NCBI GenBank assembly: GCA_016125975.1
Contig: JAEFCZ010000006.1
Coordinates: forward strand, 4,628-68,627
DNA from: Nitrosopumilus sp.
GTDB taxonomy: Archaea > Thermoproteota > Nitrososphaeria > Nitrososphaerales > Nitrosopumilaceae
DNA: 64,000 nt
Direction of reading: 5' to 3'
Shown: positions 10,346 through 20,883 of the stretch, in pieces
Layout of the letters: each line of letters starts with the position of its first letter
How positions within the stretch are numbered: position 1 is the first letter of the stretch
The notes under the pieces: model-generated
The model's input: only the letters and a program-made list of their open reading frames with translations
Database searches by the model: none
What the model was told of the DNA's origin: nothing
Program-made: the position numbers and the translations under genes

Positions 10346-11518
10346 TTGAAGGTATCAAAAAAAGTAGCCGGTGTGGAGTATGCAATTAGGGATATTGTTC
10401 TTGCTGCAAGAAAAGTACAACAAAAAGGAATGCAAGTAGATTATCTTAACATAGGTGATCCTGTCCAATTTGGTTTTCAACCACCTAATAATGTAAAACA
10501 AGCTTTGATTGATGCTATAAACAATGGTGAAAACTATTATTCTACTTCTGAAGGACTTTTAGAATTAAGACAAGAGATTGCTAAAAAAGAAAATGTAAAA
10601 GGATTATCGATATCTGCTGATGAGATTCTAGTTACAAATGGTGTTTCTGAAGGATTAGACATGGTAATCTCATCAATTGTAGAAGAAGGAGATGAAGTAC
10701 TGCTTCCAGGACCATATTATCCTCCTTATGCTTCATATGTTAGACTACATGGTGGAATGCCTGTAGAATTTGCAGTTGACTTGGATAATTCTACTCCTGA
10801 TATTGATGATATAAAATCTAAAATCACTTCAAAAACTGTTGCTATTTGTTTGATTAGTCCAAATAACCCTACTGGTGTTGTGTTTAATGAAAAATCTCTT
10901 AAAGAATTAGTAGATATTGCAAATGAGCACAATCTCTACATTATCTGTGATGAGATATATGATCAAATCATATTTGATGAAAAATTTGTAGGTATTGGTA
11001 AAGTTGCTGGAGACTCACCCGTAATTGTTCTAAATGGTTTTTCCAAAGTTCATTTGATGTCTGGTTGGCGAATTGGCTATATTGCATTTAACAACTTACC
11101 AAAACTTGATGCAATTAGAGAAAATCTTCCAAAATTAGCTCGAGTGAGAATTGCAACTAGCCTACCTGTACAGTATGCTGCATTAGAGTCCCTACGAGGT
11201 CCACAAGACTACATCTCAAACTTTGTTTCTGAAATTAAAAAACGAAGAGATTTAGTTGTAAAGCGACTAAATGATATGCCAGGACTCTCTTGTCCAAATC
11301 CAAAAGGTGCATTTTATGCATTTCCAAAAATTGAAGACAATAGATTTGGAACAGACAAAGAATTTGTTACAAAATTATTGGAATCAAAAGGAGTTTTAAC
11401 TGTACATGGTTCTGGTTTTGGTGAACAATATGGCAGTGGTCATTTCAGATTGGTTTACCTTCCAAGTCTTGAAGTTTTAGATTCTGCAATGAATAAGATT
11501 GAAGAATTTGTTAGTTAG
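10346..11518 (+). CDS. class I/II PLP aminotransferase (aspartate/alanine type)
   Basis: LNIGDP, ISPNNPTG, DEIYD and GFSKVHLMSGWRIGY motifs; TTG start at 10346 rather than inside the tRNA. Confidence 0.92.
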   Translation: MKVSKKVAGVEYAIRDIVLAARKVQQKGMQVDYLNIGDPVQFGFQPPNNVKQALIDAINNGENYYSTSEGLLELRQEIAKKENVKGLSISADEILVTNGVSEGLDMVISSIVEEGDEVLLPGPYYPPYASYVRLHGGMPVEFAVDLDNSTPDIDDIKSKITSKTVAICLISPNNPTGVVFNEKSLKELVDIANEHNLYIICDEIYDQIIFDEKFVGIGKVAGDSPVIVLNGFSKVHLMSGWRIGYIAFNNLPKLDAIRENLPKLARVRIATSLPVQYAALESLRGPQDYISNFVSEIKKRRDLVVKRLNDMPGLSCPNPKGAFYAFPKIEDNRFGTDKEFVTKLLESKGVLTVHGSGFGEQYGSGHFRLVYLPSLEVLDSAMNKIEEFVS

Positions 11519-11916
11519 TAACTCCACACTGAAATCTTTTCAGGAATAATTTCAATAATACAATCCGTGTCTTCTAGTAATTCTTTTGCCGATTTATTTT
11601 CTAATGTTTTGAAATATCGTAATAGAATTTTTTTTGCAATTGTTTTTACTTTTTTTTCTTCTAAAATCAGATTTGCTTTTCCTTGTCCCATTACACCATA
11701 GATGTTAGGTGCATTAATTCCTGTATCTATACAAAAAGAAACCCCGTGGTTTTTCTTTGTATTTTTTGCCTTTTGTGTTTTGGTGTTTGTACCTATGTAG
11801 AATTTTTTGGCACTATATCTATACCAAACAGGAACAATATGTGGAGTTTTGTTCTTTCCAACCGTAGCTAAACGCAATATTTTTTGCGTTTTAAGGAATT
11901 CATCTTTTTTGTTCAT
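11515..11916 (-). CDS. pyridoxamine 5'-phosphate oxidase-like (probably F420-binding) protein
   Basis: LRLATV...PHIVPVWY and K.KN...N..VSFCID split-barrel motifs. Confidence 0.85.
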   Translation of the reverse strand: MNKKDEFLKTQKILRLATVGKNKTPHIVPVWYRYSAKKFYIGTNTKTQKAKNTKKNHGVSFCIDTGINAPNIYGVMGQGKANLILEEKKVKTIAKKILLRYFKTLENKSAKELLEDTDCIIEIIPEKISVWSY

Positions 11917-12133
11917 GTTTTCTAAATCCTAATGCTATCATAAAAATACCAAATGCTAACATTGCCATTGATACTTTTTCATTAGTGATCTCTCCATTGA
12001 ATAGAAACTCTTCAACAAATTCTGGTCCCCATATTAGTAATTGTCTAACCAAAACAATTCCTGCCATGACTGAAAATAAAACACCAATAGCAGTATACCA
12101 ATTTCTACCTCGCCTATAATATTCGTGGCTCAT
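11900..12133 (-). CDS. small hypothetical membrane protein
   Basis: Two TM helices; co-oriented with neighbours. Confidence 0.65.
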   Translation of the reverse strand: MSHEYYRRGRNWYTAIGVLFSVMAGIVLVRQLLIWGPEFVEEFLFNGEITNEKVSMAMLAFGIFMIALGFRKHEQKR

Positions 12134-12147
12134 GATAAAGAACCAAC

Positions 12148-12819
12148 TTAGATAATTTTTATTCCTGGATTTTTTATTTTGTTTTGAATCATTGCATTAA
12201 GTAGCAATGGTGTTGACATTTCTGCAAGATATGATAATTCTATTGGTCCCAAATAGATTGATCTTAATCCTTTGATTTCATCAATCAAAGTGTTGACCAC
12301 ACCTACTGATTCTTTGTCATCTCCACAAACAAAAATATCATAATCTAACTCTAGAGTTGGATTCACAAGTTTTTTCTCAGAGATTACGTGGAATGCGGAA
12401 ACCAGTTTTGATTTGTCTTTCATGTGATTTGATACCAATTTGTATGAGAATGGTTTGCTATCTTTGATTGAAACACACTCAAATCCAACATCTGTTTTTG
12501 TCATAGGAACAATTGGTGATACTACAATACAATTGTCATTTACTTCTGGTAAAATTCCAGAACAAACTGAATCAATGTTTTCATATGGAATTGATAAAAT
12601 CAATACATCACTTTCTTTTGCAACTGAAACATTATCATTCCCAGAAATACTTCCTTTAATTTCTCCAAACGCTTCTTTTGCTAAATTTGTATATTCTGTA
12701 GCTGATTCTGATGCTCTTGTGGCATCTCTAGAGCCAACTATTACATCATGATTTTGTGACCATCTTAGAGCAAAACCTTTACCCATTCCACCTGTTCCGC
12801 CAATAATTCCTACTTTCAT
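12148..12819 (-). CDS. npdG: NADPH-dependent F420 reductase
   Basis: GGTGGMGKG, VGSR, SPIVP and SAFH motifs. Confidence 0.9.
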   Translation of the reverse strand: MKVGIIGGTGGMGKGFALRWSQNHDVIVGSRDATRASESATEYTNLAKEAFGEIKGSISGNDNVSVAKESDVLILSIPYENIDSVCSGILPEVNDNCIVVSPIVPMTKTDVGFECVSIKDSKPFSYKLVSNHMKDKSKLVSAFHVISEKKLVNPTLELDYDIFVCGDDKESVGVVNTLIDEIKGLRSIYLGPIELSYLAEMSTPLLLNAMIQNKIKNPGIKII

Positions 12820-12869
12820 GATTAACTACAGATAATGTTATTATTATCTCTATTTGAATTTCGATTAGA

Positions 12870-13493
12870 TTGGGCCAAATAATTTTTCTTAGACACGGTC
12901 AGGCAAAAAATAACACTGAACGAATACTAGCTGGTAGAACTGAAGGTGTACCGTTAACTGATGTTGGTGAACAACAAGCACAACATACTGCTGAACTGCT
13001 TGAACATATGAATATCTCTGCAATTTATTCAAGTCCCATTCAAAGAGCAAAACACACTGCAGAAATTGTTGGAAAGCATAACTCACTTGATGTAACCATA
13101 GATGAACGATTGATTGAACTTGACATGGGAAAATTTACTGGTATGGCCTATGATGACATCTTTACTGATCATGGTAATGTCTTTATGAAATTCTATCAAG
13201 GTGATCTTGAAATTGCTCATAATGGAGTTGAAACTTTTGATGAAGTAAAAAAAAGAGTTTTAGGAATTGTAGATCATGTTATTGAAAATCATCCTGATGA
13301 AAATGTTGTACTAGTTACTCATATGGATCCTATCAAAGCAATGCTTTCAACAGTAGTAGATCTATCTCCGACTAATCTTTTTGAACTAATTATAGCAAAT
13401 GCTTCATTGAATCTCTTTAGAGAAAATAAACGAAAGTTCTCCATTTCGGGACTTAATGTAATGCATCCAACTCGTTTCGATCAAGGTTGGTAG
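12870..13493 (+). CDS. histidine phosphatase / phosphoglycerate mutase family
   Basis: RHGQA, SSPIQRA and VTH motifs. Confidence 0.9.
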   Translation: MGQIIFLRHGQAKNNTERILAGRTEGVPLTDVGEQQAQHTAELLEHMNISAIYSSPIQRAKHTAEIVGKHNSLDVTIDERLIELDMGKFTGMAYDDIFTDHGNVFMKFYQGDLEIAHNGVETFDEVKKRVLGIVDHVIENHPDENVVLVTHMDPIKAMLSTVVDLSPTNLFELIIANASLNLFRENKRKFSISGLNVMHPTRFDQGW

Positions 13494-13548
13494 CTAATAA
13501 TCTTGAAAACCCTTAAATAGAAATCAAAGGTCACGACAGTCATTCACT

Positions 13549-13809
13549 ATGAAGGGAATAGTCGGGTTATTCTTAATTTTGGCCGTTATGGTAATAGTTC
13601 CTGCTGTAGAGTACGCATTTGCTGCAGGTGATGAACCTGGTGAATATCTTGATCGTAGAGTGATTATTTGGAATTTATTCTTTAGAATGATGACTATTGC
13701 ATTTGTTGTAGGTGCAGTTGTATCTGGTACTATGATTTGGCAAGTTTGGAGATTCAGAGAATCTCATCCAAAAGCAAAACCAACACCATATGAAGGGACT
13801 GACTGGTAG
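13549..13809 (+). CDS. heme-copper oxidase subunit II N-terminal membrane part (split)
   Basis: TM helices ending WRFRES, as in CoxB N-termini; first gene of cox operon. Confidence 0.75.
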   Translation: MKGIVGLFLILAVMVIVPAVEYAFAAGDEPGEYLDRRVIIWNLFFRMMTIAFVVGAVVSGTMIWQVWRFRESHPKAKPTPYEGTDW

Positions 13810-13811
13810 AA

Positions 13812-14243
13812 ATGGGTGGACATTCTAATTGGCCTGAATGGATTTACGTTGGTGCAGTAGTTGCTATCATGTGTTGGGTAGGTGCTGAAGCATGGGAAGC
13901 AGAAAGACTCGTTGAACATGTTCCAGAAGGTGCTGAAATTATCAAAGTAACAGGACAACAATGGTTCTGGACTTTTGAACATGAAGATGGTACCAAAGAA
14001 ATTGGTGAACTACATGTTGAAAAAGGCAAAGCCTACAAATTTGAAATTCACTCGACAGATGTGAATCACTCTTTTAACATTCACGATTATGTTGTTTTGA
14101 TGGATGCAATTCCTGGTAGAGTTAACACTGTATGGTTTGCACCTGATGCAGTTGGAGAACATGATATTCAATGCAGAGAGTATTGTGGATTAATTCACTA
14201 TAACATGCGTGGAACATTAATTGTGGAGGAGCCACACTCTTGA
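13812..14243 (+). CDS. coxB: heme-copper oxidase subunit II (CuA domain)
   Basis: DVNHSF and CREYCGLIHYNM CuA ligands. Confidence 0.95.
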   Translation: MGGHSNWPEWIYVGAVVAIMCWVGAEAWEAERLVEHVPEGAEIIKVTGQQWFWTFEHEDGTKEIGELHVEKGKAYKFEIHSTDVNHSFNIHDYVVLMDAIPGRVNTVWFAPDAVGEHDIQCREYCGLIHYNMRGTLIVEEPHS

Positions 14244-14280
14244 TAACGCTTTTATCAGAATCACTGGAGGGAATTAACTA

Positions 14281-15807
14281 ATGGTTCTAGAATTACAAAA
14301 GCCACGTCCAATTTGGCAAATAATGTTCTCAACCCATCACACTGATGTTGGTTTACTTTATCTTATCATGTCCCTAGGATTCTTGTTCTTGGGCGGTGCA
14401 TTGGCACTTGCAATTAGAGCTGAATTGTTCTTACCAGGAGCACAAATTATTGGTGATGCAATGACCTTTAACAGAATCTTTACAGTTCACGGAACTACCT
14501 TAATCTTCTTGTTTATCATACCATTTGCATCTGCTGTTGGTAACTACTTTGTTCCAATTATGGTCAGATACAAAGACATGGCTTATCCAAAACTCAATGC
14601 AATTGCATTTTGGATGATTCCTCCTGCAGGTGCTCTCATCTGGTTGGGCTTTGCAGACTTTACTTGGTATGCAACTCCGCCTTATTCCATTATCAGCGCT
14701 CCAGGTCCAGCTGCTGACATGTGGATATTTGGACTAAAGATTTTAGGTGTATCTTCAGTTCTTGGTGCAATCAACTTTGTTGTTACAATTCTTAAATGTA
14801 AACATCCAGACATGTCAATTGGTCAAGTCCCATTATTGGCTTGGTCATTCTTGTCCTCATCATTAATCATCCTTGTTGCAATTCCAACATTTGCAGCAGC
14901 ATTGTTAATGCTCTTAACTGACAGACTTGGTGTTACTGGATTCTTTAACCCTGCAATGGGTGGAGATCCAATTGCATATGCACACTTGTTCTGGTTTACA
15001 TTCCATCCTGAAGTATACGTTCTTGTCATTCCAGCTATTGGTATGATGTATGAAATTATTCCAAGATTCTCAAGAAAACCAATTTACAGTTTCAACTCTG
15101 GTATCTTTGCATTTGTACTGTTATCTATTGTCGGTTTCTCATCATGGGCACACCACATGTATGCAACTGGAATGTCATTTACTGAAAAGACTGTATTCAT
15201 GGTAGGAACTCTTGCAGCAGTTCCAGCATCTGCAATGCACGTCTATAACTTCATTGCAACAATGTGGAATGGTAGAATTAAATTCTCAACACCTATGATG
15301 TGGGCAGTTGGTGGAATCGCATTATTCTTCTCAGCAGGAGCAGGTGGTGTCGCAAATGCCGCCATGCCATTAGACTTTACAACTCACGATACTTACTGGG
15401 TAGTTGGACACTTTCATCTCTTTGTGATGGGAACTATTGCATTTGGTTCAATTGGATTCCTTTACTACATGTACCCATACGTTACAGGAAGAATGTACAA
15501 TGAAGCAATGGGTAAGATTCACTTTATTCTATCCTTCATAGGAACTATCTTGGTATTCTTTACTCAACACGTACTTGGATTATATGGAATGCCAAGAAGA
15601 ATTTTCGATTATCCTCCAATCCCAGAATGGATTGCAATGAACCAAATCGCATCAGTTGGTGCAATGGTAATTGGTGTCAGTATGGTAATCTTTTTGGTAA
15701 ACATGATTCACAGCGCTGGAAAAGGAGAACCTGCAAACCCAGAGGATCCATTTGGTGTTGGAGGCAAATACTATTATCCATTTGAGGCAAAGAACCCATC
15801 ACATTAG
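14281..15807 (+). CDS. coxA: heme-copper oxidase subunit I
   Basis: HGTT, HPEVY, WAHHM and GHFH heme/CuB ligands. Confidence 0.97.
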   Translation: MVLELQKPRPIWQIMFSTHHTDVGLLYLIMSLGFLFLGGALALAIRAELFLPGAQIIGDAMTFNRIFTVHGTTLIFLFIIPFASAVGNYFVPIMVRYKDMAYPKLNAIAFWMIPPAGALIWLGFADFTWYATPPYSIISAPGPAADMWIFGLKILGVSSVLGAINFVVTILKCKHPDMSIGQVPLLAWSFLSSSLIILVAIPTFAAALLMLLTDRLGVTGFFNPAMGGDPIAYAHLFWFTFHPEVYVLVIPAIGMMYEIIPRFSRKPIYSFNSGIFAFVLLSIVGFSSWAHHMYATGMSFTEKTVFMVGTLAAVPASAMHVYNFIATMWNGRIKFSTPMMWAVGGIALFFSAGAGGVANAAMPLDFTTHDTYWVVGHFHLFVMGTIAFGSIGFLYYMYPYVTGRMYNEAMGKIHFILSFIGTILVFFTQHVLGLYGMPRRIFDYPPIPEWIAMNQIASVGAMVIGVSMVIFLVNMIHSAGKGEPANPEDPFGVGGKYYYPFEAKNPSH

Positions 15808-15819
15808 GAGATAAATGAA

Positions 15820-16767
15820 ATGACTGAGAATCAATACTATCTAACAACCCCTGAAAGAACCGGGAAGATGATGGCAATCATGTTAGGAATCTGCATTGTA
15901 GGTGGAGCAATCTTCTTTTCACTTTGGGATTATTGGATTTCAGAACCGGCCCCAGTTGTTGCAATGATGGCAGGAGATTCAGCACCAACTGCAGTTGCAG
16001 TTCACACTGGTGCAACTATCACGTCTGATCTTTCATTTATTGAATCTTCAGACTTTATCACTTTGGCATTTAACGCGTTACCTGGAGATCCTGATAACAA
16101 CCCGACAATCAATATGGAAGTTGGTGACAAAGTAATCTTTAACGTAGTAAACGATGGAGTATCATTCCACTCCTTTGGTGTTACAGCAGACACTGAGGGC
16201 TTTGGTGGAATTGTTCCCGGAAGTGAAGTTGCAAGTCCAGCAAACCCACTAAAATCTGGTGAAGGCGGATCTTCAGAATTCATCGCTGGTGAAGAAGGAG
16301 TTTACTATTACATTTGTACAGTTCCTGGTCACAGAGAACAAGGAATGGTTGGAAAAATCATTGTAGGTGATGCTGAGGTCCCAGAAGAAGTTGTAGAAGC
16401 AGCACCAGAACCAATGGCAACTGAACCAGCCGAAGAAAAGGCTCCTGTTTCAACAGAACCAGTTGCATATGATGGTCCTATATCTATCCTAGAAGGCTCT
16501 GGAGTTCCTGGATGTCAGGAAACTAATGAATGCTATATCCCATATCATGTAACAGCATCAGCAGGTACTGAGATTGTTTGGTCAAATGATGATACAGCTG
16601 CTCACACAGTTACAAGTGGAAGTCCTGCAGATGGTCCTGATGGTATATTTGATAGTAGTATTCTTGCTGGAGGCCTAACATTTTCCGTAACACTTGATGA
16701 ACCAGGCGAGTATCCTTACTATTGTATCGTTCATCCTTGGATGCTCGGTAACATCACAATAGAATAG
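15820..16767 (+). CDS. membrane-anchored protein with two type-1 blue copper domains
   Basis: HSF...CTVPGHREQGM and HTVT...CIVHPWM cupredoxin ligand sets separated by an E/P/A-rich linker. Confidence 0.92.
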   Translation: MTENQYYLTTPERTGKMMAIMLGICIVGGAIFFSLWDYWISEPAPVVAMMAGDSAPTAVAVHTGATITSDLSFIESSDFITLAFNALPGDPDNNPTINMEVGDKVIFNVVNDGVSFHSFGVTADTEGFGGIVPGSEVASPANPLKSGEGGSSEFIAGEEGVYYYICTVPGHREQGMVGKIIVGDAEVPEEVVEAAPEPMATEPAEEKAPVSTEPVAYDGPISILEGSGVPGCQETNECYIPYHVTASAGTEIVWSNDDTAAHTVTSGSPADGPDGIFDSSILAGGLTFSVTLDEPGEYPYYCIVHPWMLGNITIE

Positions 16768-16774
16768 AAAAATT

Positions 16775-17206
16775 TTGGCTATACAATATCTTGCTCTAGC
16801 AACAATGATAGTTTTGTATTCACTTATGTTCTTAGGTGGATATATTTCTGCAGCTGGATTGGGATTAACTTGTCCTGAATGGCCACTTTGTCCAAATGGT
16901 GTAATGCCATCTGAAGAATATCTTATAGAATGGATTCATAGATTGGCAGCTGCTACTACTGGTGTTTTGGTTATTGCAACTATGGTTGCAAGCTTTCTTA
17001 ACAAAAGAGCTGACACCAAAATCAAAGTTACAAGTACGCTTGCAACAGTATTTGTTATTACGCAAATTACACTTGGTGCACTAGTAATTGACACAAAACT
17101 TCATGCGGTTCTAGTTGCTATTCACTTGGGAATTGGAATATTGTTATTCTCAATGGTGTTACTAACTGTATTATTTGCATTTAGAATCTCAAGAGAATCT
17201 CAATAG
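16775..17206 (+). CDS. CtaA/COX15-like heme A synthase (short form)
   Basis: GLTCPEWPLC, EWIHR, QITLG and HLG motifs. Confidence 0.85.
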   Translation: MAIQYLALATMIVLYSLMFLGGYISAAGLGLTCPEWPLCPNGVMPSEEYLIEWIHRLAAATTGVLVIATMVASFLNKRADTKIKVTSTLATVFVITQITLGALVIDTKLHAVLVAIHLGIGILLFSMVLLTVLFAFRISRESQ

Positions 17207-17207
17207 A

Positions 17208-17732
17208 TCAAAGTCTAGATTTTTTGAAAATTTTTGGCATATAGACATACAAAAACACGCCTGTCATAGATAATGCTCCTATGGTGATTGCTATAATAAA
17301 GATCTGTCCAAATGGACTTTGAGTACCCATGTTAAACTTGAAGGAAAGTGGTTCCGGATTATTTGGTGTATCGTACAAGAATACCTCTACAATATGATTT
17401 CCTGAATTTCTCCATACATAGTCAAAGTCCCAATGAGATCCTTCTATTGCTGTAGGTGGTATGGTATCTACTTGTTTTCCATTATAGAATATCTTGATTC
17501 CCATTGTAAATCTGTCAACATCCTCATAATCAAATCCTTCAGTGACTTTAATCAAAAATTGAGATGGTTCATCAATTTGTGGAAATTCAGGAGCTGTTGC
17601 AACTTGAACCCTGTATCCTGCATTAAATTGCTCAGCAGAATTAAACATGGAATGGGCAAACACATCATTTAGTCCTGGAATTGAGAACAGGATCAAAAAA
17701 GATAGAATCAAAACTGATCGCTTTTTTGCCAT
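17208..17732 (-). CDS. hypothetical secreted, membrane-anchored protein
   Basis: Signal peptide ending AH and a C-terminal TM helix. Confidence 0.7.
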   Translation of the reverse strand: MAKKRSVLILSFLILFSIPGLNDVFAHSMFNSAEQFNAGYRVQVATAPEFPQIDEPSQFLIKVTEGFDYEDVDRFTMGIKIFYNGKQVDTIPPTAIEGSHWDFDYVWRNSGNHIVEVFLYDTPNNPEPLSFKFNMGTQSPFGQIFIIAITIGALSMTGVFLYVYMPKIFKKSRL

Positions 17733-17828
17733 ATGGAATAGTACTGGAATTAGACGAATATATTGTAACTAGATTCTTTCCGAAAATCTTCAAAACCTTT
17801 AAATCCTTATTGGCAAGACACTGAATCG

Positions 17829-18425
17829 TTGACCCTCGTAACAAAATCAATCGATATTAAGACACCTGTTGAGAATGTCTTTACCTACTTTGCACGACCA
17901 GAACATGTTTCTGATCAAATCAAAACTGATGCAGTAGGTATGACAGTCGTTCCTATGGATATCAAAGAAGGTATGGGTGTAGGTACAACCTTTAGAATTA
18001 TCGGTGGCTTTAGCGGTAAACGTTTAGAGTGGGATTGTGAGACAATTGAATTTGTTAGAAATGAGAAAATCACAGCACAACAAATCGAAGGCCCATTTAA
18101 GAAATGGCAAATTACTAACGAATTCAAATCATTGGGAAATAACCTCACAAGAGTTACAATGTCAGTAGACTATGAAATGCCATTTGGTCCATTAGGAGCA
18201 ATTATGGATAAAGCAAAATTCGCAAAATCTGCTGAGAGAGGAATGGAAACTGCCCTTTACAACGTTAGAGGTTTGTTAGAAGGAAATGGTTCAATTCCAG
18301 TATACATCACACTAGAAGCATACCAAAAACTTCTTGCTGAAAAGAAAAAGATGAATGATGTTCCAGTTTCAACTGCACTAACTGCAATCATTGAAAAATA
18401 TAACGAAATTGAAGCAAAAGCATAA
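17829..18425 (+). CDS. SRPBCC/START-family protein with possible C-terminal ribbon-helix-helix
   Basis: SIDIKTPVENVF and GPFKKW...EF motifs; C-terminal strand-helix-helix tail. Confidence 0.85.
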   Translation: MTLVTKSIDIKTPVENVFTYFARPEHVSDQIKTDAVGMTVVPMDIKEGMGVGTTFRIIGGFSGKRLEWDCETIEFVRNEKITAQQIEGPFKKWQITNEFKSLGNNLTRVTMSVDYEMPFGPLGAIMDKAKFAKSAERGMETALYNVRGLLEGNGSIPVYITLEAYQKLLAEKKKMNDVPVSTALTAIIEKYNEIEAKA

Positions 18426-18490
18426 AACAAAATTTTCCTTTATTTTAGAATCTTAAGATTAATAACAACTCTAGGCTTAGTCTTTTTGGT

Positions 18491-18564
18491 GGGTCTATGG
18501 CGCAGCCAGGTAGCGCACAGGACTCTTAATCCTGCTGTCGTGGGTTCGAATCCCTCTAGACCCG
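18491..18564 (+). tRNA. tRNA-Lys(CTT)
   Basis: GGGTCTA/TAGACCC acceptor stem; anticodon arm CAGGA-CTCTTAA-TCCTG. Confidence 0.95.
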
Positions 18565-18586
18565 CTTTTAAATTCCAACTAGAAAA

Positions 18587-18964
18587 TTAATCTTCTACTT
18601 GAATTTTAGAATATTTTTCAGCTAGTTCCACTAATTGATTTACCCCTAATGGTTTTGCAATAACTTTTATCAATCCTTTTTTTATTGCCTCTTGATTTTT
18701 TGACTCATATTCTGCAATCCCTGTAACTATTACCACATTTGCATTATTGTCTAATTCCTTAATTTGACTAAAGGCATCATACCCATCAAGTATAGGCATA
18801 TCTCCATCCATTATTACAAGAGATGGATTGACTTCTTTGAATTTTTCAACTCCTTCTTGTCCATTGTCAGCGATATGAACTTCAAAATTTTTCAATTCAA
18901 GAATTTCTTTGTAAATATTGATTAGATCTATATCATCTTCAACAACCAAAACCACTTTTTTCAT
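18587..18964 (-). CDS. single-domain response regulator (receiver)
   Basis: VEDD, phospho-acceptor MDGDMP..DG, VTG and KP motifs. Confidence 0.92.
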   Translation of the reverse strand: MKKVVLVVEDDIDLINIYKEILELKNFEVHIADNGQEGVEKFKEVNPSLVIMDGDMPILDGYDAFSQIKELDNNANVVIVTGIAEYESKNQEAIKKGLIKVIAKPLGVNQLVELAEKYSKIQVED

Positions 18965-19143
18965 GACTAATATTAAGTTCACAAAGTATTATTAATATAT
19001 GTGGATTTTTTTATTGATTTTTCTATGAAAAACTTAATGTTATATCTTCATATACGTTTGAATAATACCTAACATAATCGTGATATAGTTTAAGTAAAAA
19101 TGATAGTTTTAGAAAAATAGATTTTATAAACACCAAATCTATT

Positions 19144-20883
19144 TTGACAACTTTACTTGTAACATTAGTTTCTATTACTTTGATATATCAAGTAAGACCA
19201 TTTGTTGATGATGCCCAATTTGCCTGGATTTCAGTTCCTGCATATCTTTTTTCAACTGCAATTCTTACAGGTTTTGCGTTATTACTTGCAGTAAAATTAT
19301 TCAAACAAAAACACTACCAATCAAAAGCGTTCTTTCTATTTGCAATAGGCTCTATTTTTTGGTTTATAGCTGAATTCATTTGGTTAATGTATGATCATGT
19401 TTGGGAAGGTAGTCCATTTCCATCTGAAGCTGATATTTTTTATCTTGCAGCATACCCACTTATGATTGCATTTTTGTTTATTTCTCTAAAACCAGTACTT
19501 AATTCAGTTAGCAAAAATGTTTGGTTATTTTCAATTGGTCTAGCTGTTGCTTTCTTAATTCCATCTGTTACTGCAGCATATGATGATATGTTGGGTGAAG
19601 ATGTATTTCCTACATCTATAGCTCTTGCATATCCTGTACTGGGTTCAATTCAAGTTATTCCTGCAATTGTCGGCATTATGTATCTTGCAAAGAAAGGTGC
19701 AAACTTTTCTTGGATGTTAATTTTATTTGGATTTATAATATATGGTGTTGCAGATACATTTTTCTTGTTTGCAGAACTTGATGGGACATATTTTGATGGC
19801 TACCCAGTTGATCTGTTTTGGTTGTATACTTACATCCTACTAATTTTTGCATTTCATATTCGCTATAAGGTTTCAAAAATACCTACTCAAGAACAACATG
19901 CTATGTTCTTTTCTGAAAAAGTACAATTTGAAACAATTAGTAAATTTGGAATTCCATTGACCTTAGCTATAATCACCATGATTATTGTAATTTCCCTTGT
20001 ACATTCAATTTTTATGGAAACTGATGAACAAATTACTACTCAAAATATCATGCTTGGAGTTGTTGCAATGTTGGCAGTTTTTGCAGCTATTGTATTAACT
20101 TTGAACAAGAATCTTTCTCGTCTAGTTAAAATCAGAGCAGAAGAACTTGTTGAACAAAAGGAAGGTCTTGAAAAACTTGTAGATGATAAAACAAGAGAGA
20201 TATTAAAATCAGAACGACTTTCTGCAATAGGAGAATTATCTGGAAGATTAGTACATGACTTGAGAAATCCGTTATCTGTAATGAAAATGTCTGTTGACTT
20301 GATAAAACAAAATCCCTCAGAAACAAAAATTTCTGATCCAAATGTAATCAATCGTCTAGATTTAATAGAAAAAAGCATTGATAGAATAGCTCATCAAGTA
20401 GATGAGGTATTGGACTTTGTTAGGCTCTCACCATTAAAGTTAAGTTCAGTTTCTATACGTGAAACTGTACAAAATTCTATAAGTAAAATCAACATTCCAG
20501 ATAACATTCAAATCGATATCTCTGATAAAGATTTGGAAATCAAATGTGATCCAGTCAAATTAGATGCTGTATTTCTAAATCTTCTTGTTAATGCAATCCA
20601 AGCTATACCTGGTGGTGGAAAAATTGAAATTAAAATTTCTCAACAAACCAACTTGGCAGTTTTGGATTTTATTGATTCTGGTGAAGGCGTGTCTGATGAT
20701 AATCTTGAAAAAATATTTGAGCCTTTATTTACCACTAAACAAAAAGGTACAGGTCTTGGCTTGTCTAGTTGTAAAAATATTATAGAACAACATAATGGAA
20801 CAATATCTGTAAAAAATAACCCTTCCACATTTAGCGTAATTTTACCGCTGAATGTTGAAGAACCATCCAAATTCAAGTTATAG
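19144..20883 (+). CDS. membrane sensor histidine kinase
   Basis: Multi-TM N-terminus; H-box HDLRNPL, N-box NAIQA, DSGEG, FEPLFTTK and GTGLGL; divergent from the receiver gene. Confidence 0.93.
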   Translation: MTTLLVTLVSITLIYQVRPFVDDAQFAWISVPAYLFSTAILTGFALLLAVKLFKQKHYQSKAFFLFAIGSIFWFIAEFIWLMYDHVWEGSPFPSEADIFYLAAYPLMIAFLFISLKPVLNSVSKNVWLFSIGLAVAFLIPSVTAAYDDMLGEDVFPTSIALAYPVLGSIQVIPAIVGIMYLAKKGANFSWMLILFGFIIYGVADTFFLFAELDGTYFDGYPVDLFWLYTYILLIFAFHIRYKVSKIPTQEQHAMFFSEKVQFETISKFGIPLTLAIITMIIVISLVHSIFMETDEQITTQNIMLGVVAMLAVFAAIVLTLNKNLSRLVKIRAEELVEQKEGLEKLVDDKTREILKSERLSAIGELSGRLVHDLRNPLSVMKMSVDLIKQNPSETKISDPNVINRLDLIEKSIDRIAHQVDEVLDFVRLSPLKLSSVSIRETVQNSISKINIPDNIQIDISDKDLEIKCDPVKLDAVFLNLLVNAIQAIPGGGKIEIKISQQTNLAVLDFIDSGEGVSDDNLEKIFEPLFTTKQKGTGLGLSSCKNIIEQHNGTISVKNNPSTFSVILPLNVEEPSKFKL

